A stretch of 64,000 nt of DNA from Octopus bimaculoides (taxonomy: Eukaryota): contig NC_068995.1 of assembly GCF_001194135.2 (NCBI RefSeq), positions 16,551,063 through 16,615,062 of the forward strand, given 5' to 3'. Position numbers and translations under genes: made by a program. Positions 1 to 13,630 of the stretch are shown here, in pieces; the stretch's first letter is position 1, and every line of letters begins with the position of its first letter. The notes beneath the pieces were generated by a model. That model was given only the letters and a program-made list of their open reading frames with translations, did not search any database and was not told the origin of the DNA.

Positions 1-745
1 ATATATGCACATACATGTACATAGATACATACATACATGCATACATGCGTACATACAAACATACACGGTGTCACCTAAAAACTTTTACACCATGGCAATG
101 TCTCCGTGATGTAAAGGCAATAAAACTTAAATGGCATAAGATTTCTCTCTGAAACTTCTTATTTAATTAGACCATACTTTACACCTACATATGCTGTCTG
201 CTACCATCTACTCAACTGTAAAGAACTGTAATGAAACATTGCAAATCTAACATGGGTGGAAAATCATGTGAATTGTCAGACAAGGTAAAAAATACAATGA
301 ATCAAACCCTCTTGCTAAAAGGAAAAGAACAGAAAATATATCCTAATTGTACAACTGAAAAGAACAATTGGATATGAATGATCTGTCTTGGTACAATTGT
401 CGTTTATATATCGAATTGGCATCCACGATGATGCCTGTTCTGCAGCATTTAATTTTTTTTTTTTTTTTTCAATTTTATTTTGAAGGCATTGATATAAAAA
501 TAATGATACAAAGTGGTCATTCTAGAGAGATCATGTGATTGGGTTATATACTGATGTGTGTGTGTGTATGCATGCATGCAATAAAATGTGCAAATCTTTG
601 GCTGGGCTCAAGAGTTATATAAGGGCCTCACATTGCATTATCAATGACTCATTTTCGTGATTCTTTCTAGCAATAGCTTTGCTCATATACGAGGAAGTAA
701 CCACTATATGTATGCATGTATGTAAATGTATGTGTGTGTATATAT

Positions 746-1679
746 NNNNNNNNNNNNNNNNNNNNNNNNNNNNNNNNNNNNNNNNNNNNNNNNNNNNNNN
801 NNNNNNNNNNNNNNNNNNNNNNNNNNNNNNNNNNNNNNNNNNNNNNNNNNNNNNNNNNNNNNNNNNNNNNNNNNNNNNNNNNNNNNNNNNNNNNNNNNNN
901 NNNNNNNNNNNNNNNNNNNNNNNNNNNNNNNNNNNNNNNNNNNNNNNNNNNNNNNNNNNNNNNNNNNNNNNNNNNNNNNNNNNNNNNNNNNNNNNNNNNN
1001 NNNNNNNNNNNNNNNNNNNNNNNNNNNNNNNNNNNNNNNNNNNNNNNNNNNNNNNNNNNNNNNNNNNNNNNNNNNNNNNNNNNNNNNNNNNNNNNNNNNN
1101 NNNNNNNNNNNNNNNNNNNNNNNNNNNNNNNNNNNNNNNNNNNNNNNNNNNNNNNNNNNNNNNNNNNNNNNNNNNNNNNNNNNNNNNNNNNNNNNNNNNN
1201 NNNNNNNNNNNNNNNNNNNNNNNNNNNNNNNNNNNNNNNNNNNNNNNNNNNNNNNNNNNNNNNNNNNNNNNNNNNNNNNNNNNNNNNNNNNNNNNNNNNN
1301 NNNNNNNNNNNNNNNNNNNNNNNNNNNNNNNNNNNNNNNNNNNNNNNNNNNNNNNNNNNNNNNNNNNNNNNNNNNNNNNNNNNNNNNNNNNNNNNNNNNN
1401 NNNNNNNNNNNNNNNNNNNNNNNNNNNNNNNNNNNNNNNNNNNNNNNNNNNNNNNNNNNNNNNNNNNNNNNNNNNNNNNNNNNNNNNNNNNNNNNNNNNN
1501 NNNNNNNNNNNNNNNNNNNNNNNNNNNNNNNNNNNNNNNNNNNNNNNNNNNNNNNNNNNNNNNNNNNNNNNNNNNNNNNNNNNNNNNNNNNNNNNNNNNN
1601 NNNNNNNNNNNNNNNNNNNNNNNNNNNNNNNNNNNNNNNNNNNNNNNNNNNNNNNNNNNNNNNNNNNNNNNNNNNNNNN
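746..1679. other. Assembly gap (other large gaps at 20050-20583, 36641-37521, 46612-47573)
   Basis: Runs of N; these generate the poly-X ORFs. Confidence 1.
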
Positions 1680-2702
1680 TACACATATATATATACATAT
1701 ATATATGTACATATATATATATAAAGAATAAAAAGTTTTGAATGATACAACAAGGCACTATAATACATAAATGGACTATATACTTGTTGTAATTTAGTTA
1801 TCTATAATCCGATGATATTTCAGAATACAATTCCTTCTTCAGATATTCTGAGACTCCATCTAAGGTATATAGTCCATTTTTTTGTATTATAGTGCATTGT
1901 TGTACCTTTCAAAACTTTTTATTCTTTACAAACAATACACAATGCTTCAAGTGAACTACAATACTCTCCTATATATATATATATATATATAATTGAGTTA
2001 TATACTATAAGGTTTCAAAGAATCATGCAGCAATCATCGTGAGCTCCTCATGCAGACTTGACTATCAGTCTACCTAGTAGGGTCATGTAAAGCGTCTGTA
2101 AGTGAAGATCCAGAAAATCCAAGCGTTAAAAGTATTCCGTGAGGAGTAAATAATAACATGAAATCAGGATGATTAAATGATGAATGCAGATTTGTTTAAC
2201 CAAGTGACTTCCATAGGATTATGGCTGGTCTACAGCTTTCTTCGTGTAGTATTAATATCTTTATGCAAGGAATTATGCTTACATGTTTGTGTTAATGTGT
2301 GCTTAGTGTTATACAATACAATTGTTTATTCACAAATTGTGAATAAAGAAAGCTAGCTCATCAGATCATTTACACACCCTAGCAAAAACTTGAAAACTAG
2401 GATGCAGAGCCTGATATGTCTCTACTGAGTGGAAGATTCTGTCAAGAATTATTAGAACAGTCGTAAAAGTTGGGAAATGTGGAATAAGAGTAACGTTGTG
2501 TGGGGAAGTGGTTTTTAATTAAGTTTAGGTAGGTTAACGCCATTCGTGTAGCTACCTGTAGGTTAAAGGAGGGTCATACCAGATGCTTTTCATATTTTAT
2601 GTTTAGAAGCATTTAGAATTATTGTCAATTTTAATGTTATGTATTTTATCTTTTAAACTACAGCATTGTAAAACATGTTGTAGATGTGGATGTTTAGTAT
2701 TA

Positions 2703-2905
2703 TACTCTTTTACTATTTTACTTGTTTCAGTCATTTGACTGTGGCCATGCTGGAGCACCACCTTTAGTCAAGCAAATCCATCCCAGGACTTATTCTTTAG
2801 AAGCCTAGTACTTATTCTATCAGTCTATTTTGCCAAACCGCTAAGTTACGTGAACGTAAACACACCAGCATTGGTTGTCAAGCGATGTTGCGGGGACAAA
2901 CACAG

Positions 2906-2942
<37 letters not shown>

Positions 2943-3108
2943 CGACGGACTTCTTTCAGTTTCCGTCTACCAAATGCATTCACAAGGCTTTGGTCGACCC
3001 GAGGCTATAGTAGAAGACACTTGCCCAAGGTGTCACACAGTGGGACTGAACCCAGAACCATGTGATTGGTAAGCGAGCTACTTACCACACAGCCACTCCC
3101 GCGCCTAT
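2703..3108 (-). mobile_element. tRNA-derived SINE family A, full-length copy
   Basis: Reverse complement of the 29771-30177 copy: tRNA-like head, CCTTGGGCAAG-containing body, internal (TA/CA)n and an (AAAAGAGT)-like tail. Confidence 0.85.
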
Positions 3109-3888
3109 TGTGATTATATTTTTTTTTTTTTTTACTTTGGTTGAAGCAAAATTGGATGAATCTAAAAATATTACTGGGGTTATTTTTAATAATGTTTGGT
3201 TGGTTGGTTGGTTGATTGGTTGGTGGACTGTGTTCTGGATTAAGGATTTGTACCATCTGAAGTTTCCCTAGATTTTTTTGTAAAGTAAGTTGGTAAGGTT
3301 TCAGTTGACATCTGCAAAGTCTATTCCTTAGAAGGAAATTGAATTGTTTCAATAAAGAAGTGAGGCTTTCTTTTTATCTGTTTACTTTTCTTTTCTGAAT
3401 TTGTATATGGGGTTCTGGATGCAAAGTCTGTAATCTCTATAAAGGCTTCCATTGATAGATGCAAATTTTGTATACCCAGATTTGGGTGTATGTGCATGCA
3501 TATTCAGCCATCATGGTTAAAAGGTTAAAAAAGTTTACTTTACAGCCATGAAATTCCAGGTTCAATCTCAGTATGTGACATCACTTGAAAGCTTTTTTTG
3601 TTTTGTTTTGTCATAGCCCCCAGTTAACCGGAGTCCTGTGAATGAAAATAGGTTGCAAGAAAATGTGTGGAAGCCCATAGGATAAATGGTGCTTATTAGA
3701 TAAATGGTCCAACATTGTTACGCCCATTGTCATATTGATTCTGTTGTAAGATTGCACAGACAGTAGTCCTACCCCAGAAATACTCATCTGCTTGTATGCT
3801 GAGCCAATGTGAATGTATAGTTCACTTAGCTGAACAATTGATTACTTACCACTGAAACCACTGCAGATCCATATAGTTGATATGTATA

Positions 3889-3938
<50 letters not shown>

Positions 3939-4016
3939 TGGTGATGCAAATAGGAAAAGTGGAACTAATAAGTGAGTATATGTGTATTTTTATTAATGAA
4001 ATCAAAATTGAACCAA

Positions 4017-4265
4017 ATTCGATGAGTGGCACCCATGCCAGTGGAGCGCTAACAGCTTCGTCCGAGCATGGTCATTGCCAGAGCAGCTGTCTGGCTTCTG
4101 TGCTGGTGGTATGTAAAAGCACCCACTACACTCTCGGAGTGGTTGGTATTAGGAAGGGCATCCAGCTGTAGAAACTCTGCCAGATCAGATTGGAGCCTGG
4201 TGCAGCCATCTGGTTCGCCAGTCCTCAGTCAAATCATCCAACCCATTAAACGATGATGGTGATGA
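4017..4265 (+). mobile_element. RTE-type LINE/SINE 3' tail ending in (GAT)n
   Basis: gtaaaagcacccactacactctcggagtggttgg...aaacgatgatg is shared with 47574-47808 and with the RTE fragment at 40907-41326. Confidence 0.75.
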
Positions 4266-7200
4266 TATATATATATACAGGCCTATACATACATATATAT
4301 GTGTCTGTGTGTGTGAGTGCGTTTGTATGTGCATATCATCGTCATTTAACATCAGTCTTCCATGCTAGCATGGGTGAGACTATATATATATATATATATA
4401 TATANNNNNNNNNNATATATATATATATATATATATATCTACACACACACGCACATGTACATATATATGTATGTGTGGAGTGTGTGTTTTTATATGTATA
4501 TATGTATAAATATATGTGTGTGTGTGTGTGTGTACATACATGCATAACATACATTTATATTTATGTTCTTGTGTATCTATTACAGTGAAACAAGCAAAAA
4601 GAGGTTGTTATCATTTAGACATGATGGATGTTCCATAAATATGATAGTAATTTTAGAGTGCAGCACTGGCAGGTCTGCTATGATGTCAACTGGTGACAAA
4701 ATCCCTGAGAAAGTGGAAAGAGAAGGAGAAAAAAAATGAATTGTGCCAGTGAGGGCAGCAGTTTGATAGTGGACACTAATAGCAATCCTTGTAAATTTAT
4801 CTCCAGTGACTGGACACAGCAATATCACTCCAACCCCCTGATATGATGATGAATCAGTATTCCATCATTTCTGGTTCCCTTTCTGTCAGTCTGTCTGTCT
4901 GTCTGTCTCTCTCTCTCTGTCTCTCTGTCTCTCTCTCTCCCTCTCCCTCTTCCTTCCTTGTTATCTGCAATCCAGGCAAAGTGCTCAATTGCTCACTGGC
5001 TGTCATACTTTACTGCCTGTTCTGATTAGTTGATTGGCAAGTTTCTCTTTCTGTCCATCCCTATCTTCTCTCTCTCTCTACCCCCTCCCCTCTCTCTCTC
5101 TCCCCCTATATATCACTTTTTTCTCTCTGTCTTTTTTTTTCTGTGTATTGTTTTCTTTCTCTCTCCATTTTTCTTCCTTTCTCTCAAAAAAAAAAATATA
5201 TTACAATATCACATACATCATGTTACATTCTCTTGTCTCATCATGCTGTAGTTTGGGTTAGTACAATTCTCTAAGTGCATTATTACTACCTTCCTTCCTT
5301 CTTTCCTTCCTTCCTTCCTTCCTACCTTCTTTATTTCTCTGTTGGTTGTACGAAGGTGTATGGTGATGGGCAGGGGTCACTGGAGAAAGTTTGAAGATAT
5401 TGGAGTTTAGATTTATGACTCCAGCTTTCAGCTTAATGTTGATTTCTTACACACACACACACACACACACGATATTCACACATTTGCATCACACATTTAC
5501 AGACACACCCTCATTCATACCCCCACCATACACACAACTTTATATTTCTTAGATGGAGGGGGAAAATATCAAGATCTGGAATGCTCATAGTCTTTCCAAA
5601 AGCATTAGTTGTTATTTTGCAGACGAATGGTTAAAACTGCAAATCATAACCTCGGTAGAGTATTATGTTGCTGAACGTTCCTTAGATTTTATTATTCAAA
5701 TCGATGATACATTGTTTTTGCTTTATATTATTATTTAATTTGTAATTGCCCCCTTCCCTAGACTTTTCTTATGCCCTTCATTCCCTATGAATGGCCAATG
5801 ATGACTTTTACCCACTCTTCTTGACTCTGGGCCTTTTCTACTTCTCTCGAGTTGGATCCATACTTTCCCATGCAGCTTTCGTTCAGATTTTGCTTTGCCA
5901 TGTCATGTTTCCTTAAGAGAAGGCTTTGTTAGTTTTGAATTGCCTTCTATGTTTTTGTAACTTGATTTTTTCCAAGTAGACTTGTTGACCCCTACACAAA
6001 CCCAATTTTACCTCTGGGATTTGGTGGTCTCTATCAGATTAGCATGTCATTTGATCTGTCTAGCATAGGTGGCCCTACCGAGAGCTTGTGCTCCACTAGC
6101 ATAGTCTCAGGGTCTTTGAGACATAAAAGTGACCAAACCACAACAAGAACTAGGCATTGTGGTGGAATCACCCCTCCTTCCCTATTGATAAATAAGACAT
6201 GGATGATCCAACAGCATTCAGATTGGTCTTTTGGAACTCTCTGTGCCTTGCTCTATGTAAGATAAGCTTCATTCAGCTCATCTTCACCTGTTCTGTGCCA
6301 GATGTTACTGGTCATCCGGGCCTTTACTTCCCATGAAGTGCCAATCTTAATCTTACCTTTGGTATTCTATCTCCAACATGGGACTGAAGCCAAAACTATA
6401 TGGCTGGGATGCATACTTCTTAACCTCTCTGCCTATGCCTGTCTTTTGTTTAAACTCTACTAGATCTATTAGATTATAAATTGAATATAGACATGTTACA
6501 GAGAGGTAATATTTATCCACACTTAAACATGGATGTTCTGTTAGAACAAACTTTTACCAATGTCATGGGAGAAATTTTCTCTTAACATCCACGTTTATTA
6601 TTCATCCTCAGGCCAGCCACATTTCAATGCGAATAAATATTACTTCTTGGTATTAATACTGTCTCTAATATATATTTCTGTCACTTTAATATATTTTTTA
6701 ATAAGTTCACAGACTAGTAGCAACACCAGTGCCTGTTCTGGCACTGATTTTCTATATATGGCTGGTGGGAAGATGAGTCACTGCTGTCTCTAGTGATCAA
6801 GTGTCCATCATTGACAAGACAAAGGAAGGTCAAAATCACGTGATCTGGTGATCTCAGTACTGGATATGGTGAGGATTTATCTTCCCACTAACAATATAAA
6901 CAAGTGTGCATTTTGCATCAAAAGCCAATGTGAGAGATTCTTTCATAGTGTCTACCAGAGTAAAGTTTGTTGTAGCAGAACACCCTCATTTAAGTGAGGA
7001 TAAACATTATTAATACTGCCTCTGTTGCTAATATATAGATATGTCACAATACAGTTTATCAGGCATTAATGCCTTTTCAGTGTTTGCTTTTCTAGATTGA
7101 GAAGCCTGTCTTATAGCAGATTAACCCTGGACGACAGAAGCTTAAATGTAATAAATAATGTGGCAAATTTGAATATACAAACCCTACTGCTATAGATCGT

Positions 7201-7881
7201 GATTTCACTTTCAACCAAAGCCCTAGAATAGCTTAAATTTTACATAATGAAAAATTGCCAATATACATCATTATTTCTTAAAGATGTACCAGTTAAATAA
7301 TCTCTCCTGATATATCCTGTCCTGATATAATGTGAATTTGTTTTTTGTGTCCTGATGTTGAGATGTGATTGTATGTTACTTGTGCTATAGTTTTACTTAA
7401 CAGCCTGAGGTTAAAGTAGACTCTGTACACAATAACATGTTCTGTGAAGATTTGCATTCATGGGGATGGCCAGTATTACCATGTCTATAACATATTAGTA
7501 ATAATCTGATTTGTTCTGCTGATCTTATTTAAGAGAATAATTATGATAAAGCTGAATTATTGTTACGATGAAGCTTAATGCATAGAAATAGAGAAGTAGA
7601 ACAACAACTATATTAATTAGCATCCCAGAAAAAATGCAGTCAGTCTGCTCATTTACCATTATCATTCAATTTGATTATTGTAATTTGCTTAATTTAAAGT
7701 GCATTGGATCTCAAATGTATTCTGAATATTGAATCAGGCTAAAACAAATAGTATTTCACAAAAGTTGAATGCGGTATAGTTCTATAGCTTTGGAGCAAGT
7801 GCTGAATCAGAATTCATAGCTTGCAAGCATTTAATTTAGAATGCATTGGGTCTCAGAAGTATTCTGGGTATTGGGTAAACC

Positions 7882-8112
7882 TTAACCCTTTTGTTACTAC
7901 ATTCTTCTTGAAACACACTACGTTTGTTTCAATTATCAATTAATTTTGAAAATGAATTTAGTACAGTAACTTGGTCATTATGAAGCTGGTATTTAGAACA
8001 TAAAGGAACATAAAATTTGAATAGAAGGTTTTAGCTTAAATCACTTTTAAACAGAAACTTTGTATTGTAGAACCAGTGATGGTCGCTGGCTGGTTGGTAT
8101 CAAAAGGATTAA
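7882..8112. mobile_element. TTAA-flanked MITE with CCCT termini (piggyBac-like)
   Basis: Begins TTAAccctttt and ends aaaaggaTTAA; no coding capacity. Confidence 0.6.
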
Positions 8113-8433
8113 ATAATCTGTTCTTCATAATAGTGGAAGGCATTATTGTGTGATAATAATAAAGCATCAGGGCTGAAGGGTTAATAAGTTCACTTTGCAA
8201 TTACGAGGTCACAAGTTCAATCCTGCTATGTGGCATCTTGGGTAATTGACTTTTACTATAGCCTCAGGTTGAAGCAAAAATTGTTAGTGATGCTAGGTGG
8301 TGGGGGAGTACTGTGAGGAAGCCAGATAGATGGATGGAGGGATGGTACCTGTAATTTAAAGATACCACCTTGTAACATACTGTGTCATATTCACCCTGCT
8401 TGAGAATTACATTAAAGTTCTATATGTCTGTGA

Positions 8434-8665
8434 ATGTCAAGCGATGTTGGGGGGACAAACACACACAAACACACACACACACACACACACACATACATAT
8501 ATATGACAGGCTTCTTTCAGATTTCATCTACCAAATCCACTCAGAAGGCTTTGGTCAGCCCGAGGCTATAGTAGAAGACACCTGTCCAAGGTGCCACGCA
8601 ATGGGACTGAACCTGGAACCATGTGGTTGGTAAGCAAGCTACTTATCACCCAGCCATGCTTGCCC
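8434..8665 (-). mobile_element. SINE family A, partial
   Basis: Homologous to the head and body of 29771-30177, reverse orientation. Confidence 0.8.
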
Positions 8666-8982
8666 AAGATGCTGTTCCATCTCATTACGGTGTGGTTTGC
8701 ACTTTCAAATATCACCATGGGTAACTTCATCCTTCATCCTAAAAATATTTCTATTAAATTTTTATCAAAAACCATTTTATCCCACAGAATACCAAGGCTT
8801 TTTACACAGAACACACTGGTTCCTTGGAATCAACTGTGAGAAACATTGGTTTAAATGATTATATCAACACAATATTTATTTCATTTTTCAGCTTGCTACT
8901 TATTTTCTTGGATTTTATTTCATCAAATCTACAATTAAGATGGATTTTTACACATGCGTTTTCTTTTTCTCTTGTGTTTTAG

Positions 8983-9178
8983 ACAAGTTCTACAGGATAT
9001 GGTTACACTAATATTTGATGGAGTTCTTGACTGCTATGAACATCTCTTGAAGAACACACATACCAAACATTTGCCACTTACTCCTGACACGTTGGCTCTT
9101 AATCAACAGAGGGCCCTTCAGCTTCTGTTTGACCTCAAGTTCATTGCTTTAATTATTCCACCTAAAGGAGACAAAACT
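8983..9178 (+). CDS. COG1: COG1 internal exon (first seen in window)
   Basis: Acceptor ttgtgttttAG at 8981-8982 and donor GTaagt at 9179. Encodes QVLQDMVTLIFDGVLDCYEHLL...NQQRALQLLFDLKFIALIIPPKGDKT, matching the COG1 motif QNRALQLLYDLRYL as recalled from vertebrate COG1. Starts in phase 2, ends in phase 0. Confidence 0.9.
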
Positions 9179-9461
9179 GTAAGTTCTGAGCATTTCCTTG
9201 TGTCTGTTTTACCTCTTCCATTTCACTATCTTCTATTAATTTGTAGTATCTTGATCCCATTTTCTTTCTTTGTTTTATTGTTTGTTTGTTTGTTTAAGGA
9301 CTTTCCCTTTCCTAATCCCATTTTATCTTTCCCCTTTTCACACTTTACTCCAACCTGTTTCTCCTTTTTGATTTTGCATCTTATCTCTAATACTTTCTCT
9401 ATCTCTTTCTTCTTGCCCCATCCATTGTCTCTCTCCCTGTGTGTATATATACATATATACA

Positions 9462-9509
<48 letters not shown>

Positions 9510-9639
9510 TGCATACATGTATATACATACACAATGCAATCACACAAACATGTGTGTTCACTTGTGTTTCTGTCATTAGTCATAGAAAGTTCCAGAAGGT
9601 ACTAATTATCAAATAAACTTAATAATGAATATTCTCCAC

Positions 9640-10025
9640 CTCATCAATATTATAATTTTCATCATCTTCATCTTCACCACCATCATCGTGATCATAACCT
9701 CCACAGGCTTCTGATACCACCCCCACCACCCAACCATCATCATCACCATTATCTTCATCATAACCATAACTACAACCACCACCACCACCACCACCATTGG
9801 CGTCATCATCATCATTACTATTATCATGATCATATCCTCCACCAGTCCCTGATACCCTCCCCCCCATTATCATCATTATCTTCATCATGACCATAGCTGC
9901 AATCATCATTATCATCATCCTTATTGTCGCCATCATCATCTTCATCATTATCATCATTGTAGTTGTTGTCGTCATCATTATCATTTTTGACTGGTAGTAC
10001 TTATGTTACTGGTGGTGGTGGTGTT
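9640..10025. repeat. Compound trinucleotide low-complexity tract (CAT/CAC)n
   Basis: Runs of catcat and caccac directly visible; this produces the spurious M/D/G-rich ORFs on the - strand. Confidence 0.9.
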
Positions 10026-11601
10026 GATGCTGTTTACGGATTTCGGTGGTGGTCTACTAAAACTGAAACTGCCATGTTGCCGTGTAACACAGGCAACAAT
10101 AACCATATTAGGAAGTAGTTTGAATAGTTTCAGTCACCCAGTTTTTGTCTCTCATTTAGTTTGATGCCGCATTTCGGTTGGTTACTGTGGCATCAGATTA
10201 GATAGATAGGCTCTTCAGATCAGTTTTCTTTTCCTTCGTAATTACCTTGCATACCACCAGCTTGATGCTTTCTTTTATTTATTCATTTATTTATTTGTTC
10301 TCAATGGAGAGGATTCATCAATAGAGCGAGGACGGGCAGTACAGTTGTAGTTGTAGTCACAGCATAGATAGCGATAGTAATTATATATTGAACTTTTTTT
10401 TTTCTTTTTCTTTTTTTTGTGTGTATTTCTTAAGCAAGCTCACCCTAAACCGTCTTAGAATTTTAATTCATTTCAACAATTTGATCTCTAAGTTTGATGT
10501 AGAGGTGTCATTGCTAAAGGTCGAAATTTTAATCTAGAATAACTTTCTGGAAAATGAGATATTTTATTAGATGTTTTATAAATATTTCAACAAGAACGTT
10601 TGAAGATCTGGCAGAGTTCCTATCTAGTCGTAGTTGTAAGTTTATTTAATCATTTTAGTTTTAATTTACTCAGCAGTTCCTATGATTGTATCAGCTATAC
10701 ACAGATTCTTTTCTTCTGAAGCCCCTCTACTGCCCCTATCACCACTACTGCAATAGCTCACCCCCTTTTTTTTTTTTTATTACCAAGTTCATATTCTGAA
10801 TTATCTAATTTATTTTTTCTTCTATCTATTGTTTATTTATTTAATAATTTTTTCCCCCTTTTTCAAAAAAAAATATATATTTTATTTTTATTCATCAGTG
10901 AGGTTGCTACCAAGGAAGAACATCCAAACTATAACATGAGACTTATGTTTGCAATCTTCCTTTCTTTCTGAATTTAATGAGAGAATGAACAATTTCTTTA
11001 TCTTGGTTCCCTCTCTGCTGTTATACATGCCATAATGCCTATAGTTTAACTGTTAGCTTTTGCATCAAGTCAGAAGATAGCCTTTGGTTAAATCATCATA
11101 ATTTTATATCCATTTTTCTTTCATGCTATCATGAGTTAGATAGAAATATAAAGTATAAATGTGTAGAAAATCTTATATTAATTTTTTTTTTATTAGTACT
11201 TCTTTGGCAAGAAATTTCATCTGATATTGTTTGTTGGAACTAAGACAATTGCAGTTTGGTAGCATCTATGAAAACCGCACACACACACACACACACACAC
11301 ACACTGATATTTTGAGTTATTCAATTGTGTGTGTGTATGTGTGTGTGTATTCATATCATCATATCATTGTTGTGAATGCATTATCATTCACTTTTCCATG
11401 CTTGCTTGGGTCATACAAAATTTATAGAGACAGTTTTTTCTACAGCTTGATGCCTTTCTGTTGCCAATCTTCACCTATTCCTATGTTAGGTAAAATTCTT
11501 CATGACCAGATGTGTTTTCACAAAAGATTGGGAATGATGGACACTGCTTGCACAATGGTGACGTTTGTTTACAGCTATCACATGCAGTCAAAGTTTCGGT
11601 A

Positions 11602-11640
<39 letters not shown>

Positions 11641-11708
11641 NNNNNNNNNNNNNNNCACACACACACACACACACACACACTCACATGCTCACACACACAC
11701 TCACACTT

Positions 11709-11744
<36 letters not shown>

Positions 11745-11990
11745 TATTAACCACATATACTTAATCTATATAAGTTGCGTGTATTTGGTGGGAGGCTGCT
11801 ACAGGGTATGTGATGTTGACAAGACACAAAAATAGTGAAACATCAATGTTCTTCACTCCTAGATGGAATTGGAGGTGAGTTGTCTCACCTGTCCATGACT
11901 CTAAGGTGTTCTTACACCTAGTGCTTTGAGAGATTATTCTCCACCACACCAACAGCAGCTTACTGGCAAATACATGAAGTATATGCATTG

Positions 11991-12400
11991 AGTATATGCA
12001 TAGAAAAGTGTGCGAGGAATCTTAATCCTAATTTCCTAATTTTTCCCTTCTATCAATGTTCACAGAACACCTCAACACAACAAAGAATGAATAAAGAGTC
12101 AATTTTCATTAATAAGCATCTTCCCTGACTAAATATGAACACATAACATAATATAGAACATTACTAATCTCCCATTTAATACCACAAACCCCCATACATC
12201 CCATACACCATTCACATTACACATCCAGATCTACCCTAATTTCACCAAATCCACAACTACTTACCTCCCTTAGACATAATCTTTTTACTAAGGGACTAAT
12301 AGACTTGACACCGTTCAGAATTCGGTATGTACTCAAAGCAATGACTATGAATATTACGAAACCGGTGTGCTTTTAAATCTCTTTAACAACTCACAATAAT
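11991..12400 (+). mobile_element. Penelope-like element 3' relic (GIY-YIG C-terminus, 3' UTR, decayed hammerhead)
   Basis: 11991-12134 reads ..IEKCARNLNPNFLIFPFYQCSQNTSTQQRMNKESIFINKHLP*LN, resembling the PLE endonuclease C-terminus (IFPFY...KE..FI...P.LN). Followed by cGAAACCGGT (palindromic stem III) at about 12357-12366. Confidence 0.6.
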
Positions 12401-12579
12401 GACTTTTATTACCTTTATTCCTACCTCAATTCATCTAATTGTACATATCTATCGTTACTTTTCATAAAAGGCCTTAACTTTTTTTGATTTCCAATGTGCA
12501 TTTTCGCTTATTTTTCTGCTTACTTACCCCTTACATTTCCACGTGTAGTTTCTATTTTGTTTTTGTAACATATTTCTAT

Positions 12580-12610
<31 letters not shown>

Positions 12611-12904
12611 TGACAGATAGATAAATAGATAGACAGATAGATATATGCACATACATATATCTAAATATATGAAACAAGAGGTAAAATGGATAAATAAATC
12701 CAGACGGATATCTAGAAAACACTCAGTGTTAAGTGAACTTGTCTAACTATATCAAACAATCAGCTTCCAATATGTATGTATGTGTAATATAGAATAATTC
12801 ATCAGATTTTGTTGCATTTTGATTCATTTAATGTTTAATATTTGTGTTGTGAATGTGCCAAAGTAAATGTGTAATTTTGTAACTTCATATCTGTTTCTTT
12901 TCAG

Positions 12905-13030
12905 GTGAACGTGAAGAATCGGATCAAGAAAATAATGGATCAACTCGAAGAATACATTGATCCTTTTGATCTTGACGTATTTACTCCGTATGTACAGTCT
13001 CATTTACAGAAGACCTCACAGAGAACTATG
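12905..13030 (+). CDS. COG1: COG1 internal exon
   Basis: Acceptor tttctttttcAG at 12903-12904 and donor GTaaga at 13031; 126 nt, phase 0-0. Encodes VNVKNRIKKIMDQLEEYIDPFDLDVFTPYVQSHLQKTSQRTM; IDPFDLDVFTP is a COG1 signature. Confidence 0.93.
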
Positions 13031-13477
13031 GTAAGATTAACTGTTCACCACATCCAAGATACACTGAAGTTTCAATCATACAACATTAATCATAGAATAT
13101 CCAGAAGATCAATTGTTTTCCAGCCATACAAGATCATTCAATAATTGTGTTGTTGATTGGGTATTTATATTCCGTTACAGAATGCATTTCTCTTGGTAGA
13201 TTTTTACTGAATGTGTGTGGATTTGTTATTTGAATGGTTTTATCGTAGATTTATATGTAAATCTCTTGGAACTTTGTTGCTCTACTTGTTTCTGGTCTGT
13301 CATAAAAGAACACTTGCTAAATACTATTTGATATAAGCCATTTATCATATTTCTTGTATGTAGTATCAGTCATGAAGTGTAGCAATAAATAGCATATATA
13401 TAATGTATATTGACTTCAGTAAGTTCAAGTCAATATACTCTGTTTATAATATCATATCTAATAATTAACTATAACAA

Positions 13478-13630
13478 GGCATAGGAATGGCTCTGTGGTT
13501 AAAAAGCTTGCATCATAACCATGTGCTCTTGGGTTCAATCTCAATGTGCAGCAACTTTAACTATCTTCCTCTACAGTTGTAGGTCTGTTAAAGCCCTGTG
13601 AATGGATTCGGTAGATAAAAAGTGGAAGAT
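13478..13630 (+). mobile_element. SINE family A head, decayed
   Basis: ggctctgtggttaaaaagcttgc...gggttcaatctc: A-box and B-box-like head homologous to 29771. Confidence 0.65.

Noticed and set aside
615-1768. Long ORFs spanning N runs (also 19816-20704, 36592-37605, 46283-47727)
   Set aside because: Artefacts of translating assembly gaps.
8954-9616. 220 aa ORF as a single-exon gene
   Set aside because: Only 8983-9178 is exonic; the remainder reads through the donor into pyrimidine-rich and (CA)n intron sequence.
9609-9984. D/G/M-rich ORFs on the - strand
   Set aside because: Translation of trinucleotide repeats.
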